A DNA stretch of 40,485 nucleotides from an uncultured Candidatus Peribacteria bacterium (GTDB lineage Bacteria; Patescibacteriota; Gracilibacteria; Absconditabacterales; Absconditicoccaceae). Under the pieces are notes generated by a model. The model made no database searches and was not told where the DNA came from. It was given only the letters and a program-made list of their open reading frames with translations. The number at the start of each line of letters is the position of its first letter. The stretch's first letter is position 1. Location: contig CAZVAP010000002.1 of NCBI GenBank assembly GCA_964625125.1, forward strand, positions 1-40,485. The letters are read 5' to 3'. Positions 1 to 14,027 of the stretch are shown in pieces. The position numbers and the translations under genes were made by a program.

Positions 1-1951
1 ACCTATTAATATCTATATTCTCAATATTTATATCTACTTTCTTTAATAAGTTTTCTATAATAATAGATAAACCTTCCTTAAAAGAAGGTTTAACAATAGA
101 AAAAATATTATCATCTGGGATAATATCGTAAACCTCCATAACTTTCTTTAAAAAAATATAATCAAAAGTGTCTGAGTTAAAAAATTTTAATAAGTTTATA
201 GGATTAATTTGTAGATTAAATTCATTTACTATTTCATTTAATTTAAGCTCATTATCTTTAATGAAGTTTTTTATTTCTATTTGGTGATTTATTTGCTTAG
301 ATATAGAATTTTTTTCATTAGTGGAACTTTGTATTCCCTTTTCAGAAAAAATACTTCATAAAATTAAACTAAAATTTGATATAGCAAATAGTTTACCATT
401 AAAACTATTATAAGAATCAAGATTTTTTAAATTGTTTGCTTTCCCTATATCATGTAAAAAAGCAAACAATTCATATAGAGATTTTTTTGGAAGTAATAAT
501 CTAGTTTGTAAATCATTTAAAATATTAGCTATTTCAGATGGAAAAAATTTATCCATAACCATAAAAAGCTTAGATATCCTTTCCATATGAAAAATAGTTT
601 CTGGATGATTTTCTAATTTTTTTAATTCTACTTCTAAACTGGTATAAAAATCATTTAATGATGATACATATAACATCCATTCATTTATAATAGCATCTAC
701 TTTATTCTTATTAAATTCATTATATTCTTCATTGTCAAGAGGTAACCATAATTTAATTCCTAAGTTAAATTTATCTGAGAGTAAATAATAAATCTCCTTA
801 TAATTTTTTTTATCTACAGGAGTATTATCTGTAGAAATACCAGTTAAATAATTATCAATATACTTAGATAAAGATGTTTTAAAAAAAATAATATTAAAAT
901 ATAAATCTTCTAATTGTAAATGTAAATCATAAAATCTAATAACCAGACTTTTAATAAAATCTTTTAAAAATATAGGAGGTACCTTTACAATCTGGGAAGA
1001 AAAATATTTTTGTAAGCTATCAACATAAAAATTTACTTTATGAATATCAACATCTATATTTTCAACATTAGATAAAAACCTATTAGCTATAACTTTAACA
1101 TTTAAAAATGCTGAATAATTAGAAAGATATAATAAATCATCCTTTATACTTAAATCTCAAGTGGAAATATTTTTTATAACAGATAAAAATGAAGGAAAAT
1201 TATGTCAATTTTCTGATATTTTTCAGTTTCCAAAATCTACAACAAATCAAGAATAATCCATTAAAAAAGATACATATTTGTAAGCATCTTCTTTTAATGT
1301 ATTAATATCAAATCTTTCAAAAAATTGGGTATAATTAAACTTATCATTATTAAAAATATTTATTAACTTTAGATTAGAAACAAACACTGCTTTTTTCCTA
1401 AAATCTATCTCATCAAATTTTTCTAAATTATTAGAAAGATCTTTATAAAACTCATCTAATTTTTTAGCTATCACATTTACTAACTCAGTTATATCCTCCT
1501 TTAAAAATAACATATTACATATAAAATATCAAGAATAAGAAATCACAGTATTAATAGCAGAAAAATATTTTTCATAATCTCAACTATAATTAACATTAAC
1601 AGAAAAAAATCTTAAAATATATTCTTTCAAGTTTTTTAATAATATATCTTGTTTTTTATCTACTAAGGAAATAAATATTAACAAAGTAATAACACGAGAA
1701 TTTAAATAAAACTCTTGAACTCATAATTTATCCAATTTTAATCCTTTTAACAACTCCTTTAACTTATTAATTCAACCAAATTTATTAAACTCAGTAGAAA
1801 ATTTATCTATATAATTGTTATCTAAATATCAAAGCAATTTATCTACTTCCTTAACTAAAGAACCAATATCATCTCCAAAACTTATATTATTAGGTAAGTT
1901 ACTATCTGCATATTCAACAGAATCATTTTTATTAATATTATGTATTGACAT
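1..1951 (-). CDS. HD-domain protein with long N-terminal extension (3' end runs off the window; more than 650 aa)
   Basis: ATG at 1951 (rc). With TGA read as Gly, one frame stays free of TAA/TAG down to position 2. It joins track fragments 1247..1513 and 356..676. It carries an H...H(x~30)FLHDIGK metal-binding motif (HD codons rc 449..454). The rest has no motif I recognise. Confidence 0.6.
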
Positions 1952-2051
1952 TTTAAATATATTGTTTATAATAAAACTACATTTATATCATAAATAAAAA
2001 CAAAATGGGATGCTAAAAAAGAAAAAAAACTAAAAGTAAAAAAGGAGATTT

Positions 2052-2072
2052 AGGCTCACTTAATGTGAGCCT
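2052..2072. terminator. Stem-loop just 3' of the ABC ATPase gene (putative intrinsic terminator)
   Basis: AGGCTCAC (2052..2059) pairs with GTGAGCCT (2065..2072) across a 5-nt loop. It lies 5 nt beyond the stop at 2077..2079. The T-run is immediate on the + strand; the U-run on the - strand is offset by about 9 nt. Confidence 0.5.
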
Positions 2073-2076
2073 TTTT

Positions 2077-2817
2077 TTATTTAATTTCTATCTTCTCTCA
2101 AGTTGATTTAATTTTTTCTACAAAGAACTCCTCTAAATTCATATTGACACTGTTTATATCTCATTCAAATATAATTTTTCACTTATTAATAATTGCAAAT
2201 CTATCTGCTATTTCCTGAACATCTGGTAAAATATGAGTATTAAAAAATATAGTAGTTCATTGTTGCTTTAATTCTTTCATAATTCCTTTAACTAGTTGTC
2301 TTCCTAATGGATCCAAACCTGACATTGGCTCATCAAAAAATACTAATTTTGGAGAATGAATTATTGCAGAAGCAATTCATAATCTTTGCTTCATTCATTT
2401 AGAATAAGTTTTTATGTACCTTTTAGCTGCAAAATCTAATCATACTTTTTTAAGATAAATGGGAACTAAATCCTTAAGGTCTTTATAAGACAATCAAGAT
2501 AATTTTCCCATATAATATAAAAATTCTTCTCAAGTTAAATAATCATAATAATATGCATTTTCTGGAGCAAAACCTATATATTTTAGGATTTGTCTATTTT
2601 TATGTAAATTTTCTCAAAAAATTTTTATTTCTCAACTAGTAGGTTTAATAAAGTCTAAAATAGCCTTAATAGTAGTTGTTTTTCCTGCTCAATTTGGTCA
2701 AAGAAATCAAAAAATCTCACCTTCATTTACTTCAAAGCTAACTCATTTTAAAACTTCTAATTTTTTAAAATTTACCTTAAAAGTTTTCTTTAAATCTTTT
2801 ACTTCTAAAACACTCAT
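2077..2817 (-). CDS. ABC transporter ATP-binding protein (246 aa)
   Basis: Table-25 translation MSVLEVKDLKKTF... has Walker A FGFLGPNGAGKTT (two of the Gly are TGA, rc 2698..2700 and 2689..2691), signature YSKGMKQRLGIA and Walker B LVFFDEP. It ends at TAA. No permease gene is adjacent. Confidence 0.9.
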
Positions 2818-2838
2818 TTACTTAATTTAGTAAATAAA

Positions 2839-5223
<2,385 letters not shown>

Positions 5224-5294
5224 TTAAAAAATATTAAAAATAAAAAAAACAATTAGTTTATATAAAAAAAATTAAGTTTTTCAATTGAAAACAT

Positions 5295-5321
5295 TTAAAA
5301 AAACCTAGGTTTTACCTAGGT
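5295..5321 (-). terminator. Intrinsic terminator after secG
   Basis: Two copies of the self-complementary 8-mer ACCTAGGT (5303..5310 and 5314..5321) are separated by TTT, directly after the TAG stop (5322..5324). The A-run 5295..5302 gives a U-run on the - strand. Confidence 0.6.
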
Positions 5322-5687
5322 CTATTTATTTTCTAATGATTTAGTTTTAATTTCAACTGCTCTGTTATTTTCTGTTTTGATTTTAATATTTTCTGGAGCA
5401 AGTTTTATTTTCTGATTAGATTGAACTACACCAGCAGAAATTTTCCCTGTAGATAAAGATTTTTTAGCTAAATAAGGATAAATCAAAGCACTACAAGTAA
5501 AAATAACTAAACTAACAATTGCTACTCTTTTTAAAGTAAACTCAACAGATTTTTTACTACCATACTCATTTGAAGTAGACATACCTCATAAACCAAATCC
5601 TATTCCTCCTTTTGGAGTCATCAACAACACAGCTCAAATAAACAAACCTCCAGATAAAATCATTAAAAACAACACAAATCCTATCAT
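5322..5687 (-). CDS. secG: Preprotein translocase subunit SecG-like small membrane protein (121 aa)
   Basis: MIGFVLFLMILSGGLFIGAVLLMTPKGGIGFGLGGMSTSNEYG...LKRVAIVSLVIFTCSALIYPYL. It has two TM helices flanking a Gly-rich loop, which is the typical SecG layout. The track ORF 5322..5582 is extended upstream through two TGAs to the ATG at 5687. Confidence 0.65.
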
Positions 5688-6119
5688 AAATATTAATTAA
5701 CAATTTAAAATAATAAGCTACTTATAACTATTTTAAATCTAAGTTCAATTTTTATTTTTTACTTTTTTTCAAATACTTATTTCTTTCCTTTACTGCTTTT
5801 TTAAACATTTCTTTATTCCGTTGCCTATAAATCTGTTCTCTAAATTTCCATAAATTAGGCCAGTAATCTAATAGTTTTTTTCCTTTTTTTCATATAATTC
5901 AATTATTAATGAAGAGTCCAAAATTGAATTAAACTTATTTTTTTAAAGCAAATAATAAGCAATTTTAGTATATTTATCAGCAACTTTTCTTAAAAATTCA
6001 AATCTGTAATAAATAATTTCTCACAATCCCATCAATAAAACTTTGCATAATTTATTTTTAACTCATTGATTATTATTTACACATTGTTCAGCTTTCAAAT
6101 ATAATGATTCAAGTTTTCA

Positions 6120-8498
6120 TTATTTATCCTCATAGATATAAAACTCTAAAATATCTCACTCTTTAATTTTTTTACCTGTTCTTACTCTTACTCAACATTC
6201 CCTTCAAGCTTTAACTTCATTAACATTTTCTTGCTCAATTTTTAAGGAAGTTACTTTACCACCACCCAATTCATCTTCTCATCTTTTTAAAACAAAATGA
6301 GAGCCATTTTTAATAAATCCATCAATTACCTTTCAACCAATAATCATGTCATTTCATTTTTTATAGAAAATAGCCAATACCTCAAGTTTACCAATATATT
6401 TTTCTTCTTGCTCTTTTTCGATTAAACCAGCTGCAAGTTTTTCAACATAATCTAATAATTCATAAATAATAGTAAAATTCTTAAAAATTATCTTTTTCTG
6501 CTCTAATTTCTTTTTTAAAGAAGAATTTATTCAAGAATCAAACCCAAATATAAATGCACCTGAAGCCTCTGCTAAAGCTATATCTGAATCTTTAACTTGT
6601 CCTACTTCTTCATGAATAATTTTTAATTCTACACCTTCCGGCAAATTAACTTTTCATAAAGCATATTTTAAAGCTTCTAAACCACCGAAATCTCCAGCTT
6701 TTAAAATTAATTTTAATTCAACATTTTCACCGGCTTTCATTTTTTCAAGGAAAGAAGAAAGTGCAGTCTTTTGCTCAGTTTTTTTAATTATTTCTTTAAT
6801 CTTTTCTACTTGCTTTTGTGCTTCTTTTTCTGAATCAAAAACTTCAAATATTCTTCAAGCTTGTGGTACATCCTCAAATCACATTACTTGAACAGGATCT
6901 CATCATTTTGCTTCATTAACCACTTTACCAGTCCAGTCTTTCATAAGTCTCATTTTACCATATACATCATAAGCAACAACTGAATCTTTTTTTCTTAAAG
7001 TTCAAGTCATAACCAACAATGTAGCAATAGTTCAAGCTTTAGCATCTTTAGAAGCTTCCAACACAACTCATACTGCAGGAGCCTTCGGATTATATTTTAA
7101 CTCCAACATTTCAGCTTGAAGCAAAATATACTCCAATAAATCATCTACTCATTCTCAAGTAACAGCTGATAACTCAATAAATGGGACATCACCACCCCGT
7201 TCTTCAGGAATTAATCCATGCTCAGACATTTGAGACTTACACATTTCAGGATTAGCATTTGGTTTATCAATTTTTGTAATTGCAACTATTATACTAACTC
7301 AAGCATCTTTAGCATGATTAATAGCTTCAACAGTTTGTGCTTTTACACCTTCATCTGCAGCAACTACTATTACAGCAATATCTGTAATTTTTGCACCTCT
7401 TGCTCTCATAGCAGTAAACAATTCATGTCAAGGAGTATCAATGAAAGTTATCTTTTTACCATTATGAGTTATTTGGCTAGCTCATATACTTTGAGTAATA
7501 CCACCAGCTTCTTTTGAAACAATATCAGTTTTTCTAATATAATCCAATAATTTAGTTTTACCATGATCTACATGTCCCATAATAGTTACAATAGGAGGTC
7601 TTTCTACTAATTCTGACTCATCTACCAAAGAATTCTTAGCTTCTATAATTTCCTTTAGATTCCCTTCTACCATAGCATTAACATCTGTTTTCACATTTTC
7701 TCTTTCTACTTTTACACCAAATTCATCAGCTAACAAAACTACGGTATCAAAATCAACTGACGAATTAATACCAACTGGCATTCAGTTTAACAAAAATTTT
7801 TTAATAACTTCTGTAGCAGGAATACCTATTTTTTCAGAAAGTTCTTTGATACTAATAGAATCTCCAATAACAATTTTATCTTTCTTTTTTAAAGTATCTG
7901 AAACCTTAGGTTTCCTTTCTTCTTTTTTAACTGGCTTATTTTTGTTTTCCTTTTTTTCAGCTTTAGAAACTTTTGAATCCTTAAAATTATTTTTCTTAAC
8001 TTTAATTTTATTTCCGGTTTCCTTTCTTTCTATAACAGGTTGCTTTCTTTCCTCTTTAGTTTTTTTAACAACTGTAAATGATTTTTTCTCTGGTTTTTTA
8101 AAGTTTTTATCTTTAGTTGACTTAGATTTTATATCTTTTTTAAACTCCTTCTTTTCTTTATCTGAAAAATGTTTTTGTTCTGATTTTTCTTTATTTTTTT
8201 CAGTTTCAACTTTTTTTTCTTCAGTATCAATAGATTTAGAATGCGATATACCTAAAGTAGAAGCTAAGAAATCTACCTCATCAATATCATGAGAAGTTAA
8301 AACCTTTTTATCATCCTCTTTAGAATTTTTAGATTTTGAAGATAGTTTTTCTAAATCAGCTTTTATTTTATTAAAAGTAGAATCTCAAATTCTAGTAGTT
8401 TTAGAAGAATATGGCTTACCAGTTTTTTTCTCCAATAAATTAAATAAATCTGCCCTGCTAATTCCATATTCATTTACAATTTCCTTTATGCTCTTCAT
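6120..8498 (-). CDS. infB: Translation initiation factor IF-2 (792 aa)
   Basis: A Lys/Glu-rich N-terminal region is followed by the G domain [19 protein letters not shown]...GGITQSIGAS...[17 protein letters not shown] (the Gly of PGH is TGA, rc 7428..7430). The C-terminus is ...[32 protein letters not shown] checked the frame across 6120..6960. It ends at TAA. Confidence 0.95.
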
Positions 8499-8546
8499 AA
8501 ATTTTTACAACAAAAAAATAAAACCTCAAGTAGTTATATTAAATTT

Positions 8547-10691
8547 TTAGTAAGTTTCAACATAAACCCCAGGAAAATACCACTGAATAATTTGTTTATA
8601 ATTTAATCATTTTTTAGCTAAAATTTCTGCTCATTTACCTGACAATCAAACTCAATGTCAATAGAATTTTCCACAATTTCCTAAATCAGGAGTATTTACT
8701 AAGTATGGAGTATCAATCCGTCAAAATTTCTGTTTTGCAGAAAAAGTAAAACCAGCAGAACAGCTAAAATAAGGCAAAATTGGAATATATCAGTTATATA
8801 ACAACACCTTATTTTTAATAAAATCTAAAGCTTTTGCCCATTTTTTAGAAGTAGCCTCAAAACCAGCTCCAACATATTTTTGAAAAATCCTAGGATCATC
8901 TACTGCATTATAACTAGCTCATTTAGGTATAAAAGGATGAATATTTTTTTTATTTTGATAAAATAAAACATAATCTTTAGCCAATAAAGCCATAACTTTT
9001 AATTTTTCCATAGGCATTTGATCATTTCATTCAGCAATTCATTTTAAATAATCTTGTAAGGATAATTTATTAATCACCACATATTTTTTAAAAATTTTAT
9101 GAGAATTAATTTTTTTTATGTAATCCTTTTTAATTAAAATTTCTCCTCTAAAAAAATTCCAAGGAATTCCAGCATAAGATTTTCTAGAATAATTAGTAAA
9201 TTTTATAAAACCTCATAGTGAGTCAATTTTAATATATTTTGCTTTAATAAGCTTTCAATTAATCCACAATAACAAATTATTAAATTTATCCACTGAAAAA
9301 GTTTTTGCAGTATAGGTTCTCTTATCTGTGTAAATAACACAAACTTTAGAACAACGAAAATCATAATGATTTTTCCAAGAAAGCTCATACAACAACACAT
9401 TTACAGGTAAATTATTTATATTAGATAAATCCTTCAAATAAATCCTTTTTTTAATTTTAACAGATAGCTTGGGATGAAAAAAATATTTTTTATTAACCTT
9501 ATTTTTAATAATCAATCTTAGATTACTCATAAAAATAGCTTTTCATCTAACAATATAATTAATTTTATCTTGAAATAACTTAAAATCTAAAGGCTGATAA
9601 ATTACTGGCAAAGGATATTTCAATTTCACAAAGACTTTATTTGACTTACAGAAAATTTCTAAATTTTTTACATTTGAGTTACACTTTAAAAATTTATTAC
9701 CAGAAAAATTAAGTACTAAAGTATCAGATAAGGTAAATTTTAAAGGTAAATTAACTATTTGAGTGATTTTTTTACTAACAAATCTAATTTTATTATTTTT
9801 TTCCTTAGAATTTCAAATAGCTTTTAAGTCATTAAAAACCTCTTTTCTAATAAATGGAAGTAAATTATAAAGATATTTTCCTGGACACTTAGTATGTCCT
9901 GTATCACGATGACCTGCTAAAGCATAATATGTAACATCTTTAATATAAGGATATTTCGGATAACTCTCATGATAAACTACTTTAGAATAAGGGTTTATAT
10001 TATATTTTTTTGCTAAAGCAGTTGATAATTTAATTAAAGATTTAATTTGTGCAGGTGTTGGCTTTTGTATCTCAAAATTTCAAATTAAAGCTATACCAAT
10101 AGATGAAACATTATTCCATTCGGAATTAGCACCAACTACAGAATCACCTCCTGCTCTTCATTCATATATATTTCAATAAGGTCAAATTAAAAAATTATAT
10201 CCAATATCTCACCATCATCTTTTAATTGCATGATAATAGTAAACTCCACGAATAAACTTTTTAACATCTTCAATAGATTTAAATTTTCTATAATCTGAAT
10301 CAGTATGATGAATTATAATACTTACCTTATGATATTTATATGAAAAAGGCCAAAATAATCTTTTTCAATTTAAATTAGGTATATATTTATCTGCTTTTAC
10401 CTGTTGTTTCCAATTTTTAAGAAGATATTTTTCCTGAGTTTTTCTAATAGCTTGTTTTTCAAGCCATCTTTTATAAGCTAATTTATCCTTTTTTAATTTT
10501 TCAATATATTTTTTTTGAGCTAAAATCATTTGTTTATAAGCTTTATAGTCAGCATATAAGTATTTTGAATCAGCTCACCATTGTTTTCTAGAAATAATAT
10601 CTATTCAAGGTAAATTCCGGTTAAAAGAAAAAGATATACTAAAAGCAAGTAACACAAAAATCAAAACAAAAACTTTTTTCATTAAATTCAT
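8547..10691 (-). CDS. Secreted peptidoglycan hydrolase: N-acetylmuramoyl-L-alanine amidase (Amidase_2/PGRP) fused to a C-terminal SpoIID/LytB domain (714 aa)
   Basis: Signal peptide [22 protein letters not shown]. Amidase_2 motifs: IIIHHTD...[25 protein letters not shown]...GHRDTGHTKCPG. SpoIID motifs: GIAEGNDQMPMEKLKVMALLAKDYV...FQKYVGAG...YFSCSAGFT...GHGVGLSGKGAEILAKKGLNYKQIIQWYFPG. It joins track fragment 9255..9530. Confidence 0.8.
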
Positions 10692-11257
10692 AGCTTATCA
10701 ACTAAATTTTTTAATTTTGATAAATCTTTTTTTATTTCTTCCTTTTTAGAAGGATTATATAAAGCTACTGCAGGATGATAACAAGGTAACAAAAATAATC
10801 AATCCTCAAATTTTTCTCATTTAAATTTAGTTATCTTAAATATTTTTCAATGGTCTTTACTAATTTGCAAGTCTGGAATAAAAAAATTCATTGAAAATCT
10901 ACCCAAAGTAACAATTATTTTAAAATTACCTAATTTAAGTTGCTTTAACAAATAAGGAGAACAAGTTTTTATTTCTTCATCTTTGGGGTCTCTATTATTA
11001 GGAGGACGACATTTAACAATATTGGTAATATAATAGTCTTTTTCTCTATAAAATCATAAGTCTTCTAAAATAGAAGTTAACAATTTACCTGACCTTCCTA
11101 CAAAAGGTTTTCCTTGCTTATCTTCATCTGCTCCTGGTGCCTCACCTACAAACAAAATTTTAGAATTAAAATTTCAGTCACCTGGAATAGGAGCATTACA
11201 GGTTTTTCTTAACTCACATTTATTACAACTTTTAATTTGATTAATAAGCTCTTCCAT
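10682..11257 (-). CDS. Uracil-DNA glycosylase, family 4 (191 aa)
   Basis: ...[10 protein letters not shown]...[27 protein letters not shown]...[15 protein letters not shown]...YHPA. The 3' end overlaps the amidase start by 10 nt. It ends at TAA. Confidence 0.85.
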
Positions 11258-11300
11258 AAAAAATTTATTAAAAATAAATCCAAAATGGATAATAAAAATT

Positions 11301-13901
11301 TTATTTATTTAAACAAGCTTTTTCACATTGAGATTTAGTATCAAAACCTGGACAAGAACAAGCTGCTGAGATTAAAACTTGTTTACAGTCTCCATTTTTT
11401 AGAATCCACCTTTGCCCACAATACATTTGACAAGTAATTGTACCTGGAGCTGGTCTTGTATAAAAACATTTTTTAGGAGGAATAAAGCCTTCTTTTTTAA
11501 CACCAAATCTTTCATTAAAAGGAATAAATTTATCTTCTCTTCATTTAAAGAAATCAGCAAAATTTACATTTATTTCAAATGGAACAAAATCATTTCATAA
11601 CTTATAATAAGAAACTCTATGGTTTTCATTTTTATATTTCCACTGAGTTAAATTAACTCAAGCTTTCTCATACAATTGCAAATAATTTTTACTTAAGATT
11701 TCTGAAATTCATTTAGATAAATCAAGTTTTAATCATTTTATTCAAACAAAATATGGTTTTTTAGATTTATATTCATAACAATTTTCTTTTGCTAAAATTC
11801 TTTGATTATTTTCATATTTATAAACAGGATAACACCTTTTTTCTATTGTATCCTTGGCTAAATAAACAGGCAACAACAAAACAAAACTTTTATTTTTATC
11901 TTCTGACCTCAAAATAACAAAAGCTCTAGGGTTATCAAAAACAGGAGTATAACTTCATCAATTACCTACTTTCTGCTCATCACCAAGTACATAAGAATAT
12001 AATTTTTCTACTTTTAACAACTTATTATTTTTTTCAATTTTTTGATCTCATTCTCATTTTTCAGATTCATTTTCTTCATCAGAACTTAAATAAACTTTAT
12101 AAACATCAATTTTTATATTTTTTGGTAAAGACCAATTTCAATGAACTTCTTCTGCTTGCTGTCATATTCATAATAAATATTGAACATTTCATTTTCAATT
12201 ACTACCAGAATTTAATTCTCCGATATTCATTAAAGGATGCAAATATAAACTATACCCAGGTATTTTCAATTCCCCAATTATTTTTGGATGAGATAAATCT
12301 CTTAAATCAATTACAAATAGTGGATCTGTTGCTTTGAAAGTTACTAAATATGCTAGATTTTGTACAAATCTAGAAGCCTTAAACTCTTCCCCTGGAGCAA
12401 TATTAACCAACTTACCTTTTAATTTTAAATTTTTATCAAATACATATAAATCAGTAGCTCTTTCAGGATAATAGTGTTTAGTAAAAATCCTAAAATTTCA
12501 ATTTTTATCCTCATCCATACTATATTGATTTATAGGTTGACCTGGAATAATCTGACTATCAACATAATCTAAGTTAAATCATTTTAAAGAAAGTTTATGA
12601 ATTAATGTAAAATTTCATCTTGGATAAATAGGTAAAATACATAGCAAACCTGGTCTACATCTCCAAGGATAAGAAACATAATAAGTATTAACTAAGTATA
12701 AACTACTTTTTGTCATATGAATTTGTCAATTTGATATATTTCCAAAAATAACATATTGATTTGGATTTTTACCAGTATTTAAGTCCACAATATTAACAAC
12801 ATTAAACTTTAAGTTATAGACATCTAAATCTTTCCATTTGGTAGGCAAAAATAATACATTATTAAAAGAAGAATTTACTAACCTAATTTTTATAGGATAA
12901 ACTTTTCAACCAAATTTAAATCTAGAAGTTCTATCAAATAAAATATCAACATTATTTATCAAAATTTTCTCTTTTAATTTATTTAAAATTTCTTGCTTAT
13001 TTAAGTTTTCTTTTATTTGATTAATTTTTTTCTCAATTTCATTTTCAATTTTTTTTCTTTCAGCTAGCCTTTGTTGGAAAGATAAATTTGAATGATAATA
13101 CAAATCTGAAATCTTCTTTCTTAAAGGCATAATCGGCTTTGTGAAATAATCATAACAAATTTGTCTAGCAATATTTCAGAAATCATAACTTGTAATTAAA
13201 TAAATTTTATTATTTACAATCCTTGCATCTTTAAATTTTCCTTTAACATCATACAACCTTAAAAATTTTGCTTTTCAATTAACAATTTTGTAAAATACTA
13301 AATCAGTAATTGTTTGTTTTAAAGAATTAGAATATCTAGTTCAGATAACAATTAACTGATTATCTATAAAAAACAATTTAACTGAATCAGAAAAAATTAC
13401 ATGTGGAACTTTAATTACATCAGAGACATTAATTTTTGATATATCTATATGATTTCAAATTACAGGTGATTTAATAATATAAACCTTTTTAGTTAATTTA
13501 TTATAATAAGCTAAATAATCTTTTGTAAGTTTTAAAACTTCTGGTTCATCTACATTTGCTTTTTGTAAATTAGTTTTTCCATAAGAAAGATTTAAACTAG
13601 TATTTTCAGGAGAAACTGAAGTAATTCCTTTAAGTAAAGGTCCATTATAATCATAGTAATACAATGGATAATAAACAGGTCTACAAGAATTAATTATTTT
13701 GTTATAAAGTTTATCTAACAACACATTTTCAAAATCATCTTTAGAAACAAATTTTTGAAGTTTAAAATTTTCATTTAATATTTTCACTTGCTGAGAAATA
13801 ACTTGTTGTTCTTCTTTATCAATAACATCTTGCCAATCAGAGAAAGTATAAGACATTCCAAAAAAAGCAAAAATAGCAATAAGTAAGATCTTTAATTTCA
13901 T
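11301..13901 (-). CDS. Secreted beta-propeller-domain protein (Beta_propel/PF09826-like) with Cys-rich C-terminal tail (866 aa)
   Basis: Signal peptide MKLKILLIAIFAFFGMSYTFS. Core motif SRFVQNLAYLVTFKATDPLFVIDLRDLSHPKIIGELKIPGYSLYLHP. It joins track ORFs 13455..13901, 12906..13130 and 12195..12410. I checked the gaps between those track fragments and the stretch below 12195 for TAA/TAG; the fragments themselves come from the track. The last ~55 aa contain 8 Cys. Confidence 0.7.
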
Positions 13902-14027
13902 AATAAATTTTAAATAATAAAAACTAATTGTAGTATTTATAAAAAAAATTAAACTTCAAGTAAAATTTTGACTATAAAAACAAAAACAATAAAATTAAAT
14001 CACTTATTTATATTCTCAATAAACTAA

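Noticed and set aside
2077-2817. The ABC ATPase as part of a complete transporter or toxin-export system
   Set aside because: No permease or substrate-binding gene is adjacent: gyrA lies upstream, and a terminator plus the HD-domain gene lie downstream. Only the ATPase can be supported.
5752-5808. 18-aa basic peptide MFKKAVKERNKYLKKSKK as a CDS
   Set aside because: It is too short, has no supporting motif and has no start codon for the longer open stretch. It is kept only as part of the gap finding.
5943-6122. Read-through of the infB TAA into the in-frame 58-codon stretch
   Set aside because: The IF-2 alignment ends normally at ...[12 protein letters not shown] before the TAA. TAA ends 27 genes in this window. 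The extension has no IF-2-like sequence.
7846-8292. 148-aa plus-strand ORF, among the longest in the track
   Set aside because: It is antisense to the Lys/Glu-rich N-terminal region of infB. It is a low-complexity Phe/Ser/Leu translation typical of a shadow ORF.
11278-11290. ATCCA-AAA-TGGAT hairpin after the beta-propeller gene as a terminator
   Set aside because: It has only a 5-bp AT-rich stem, which is too weak to call.
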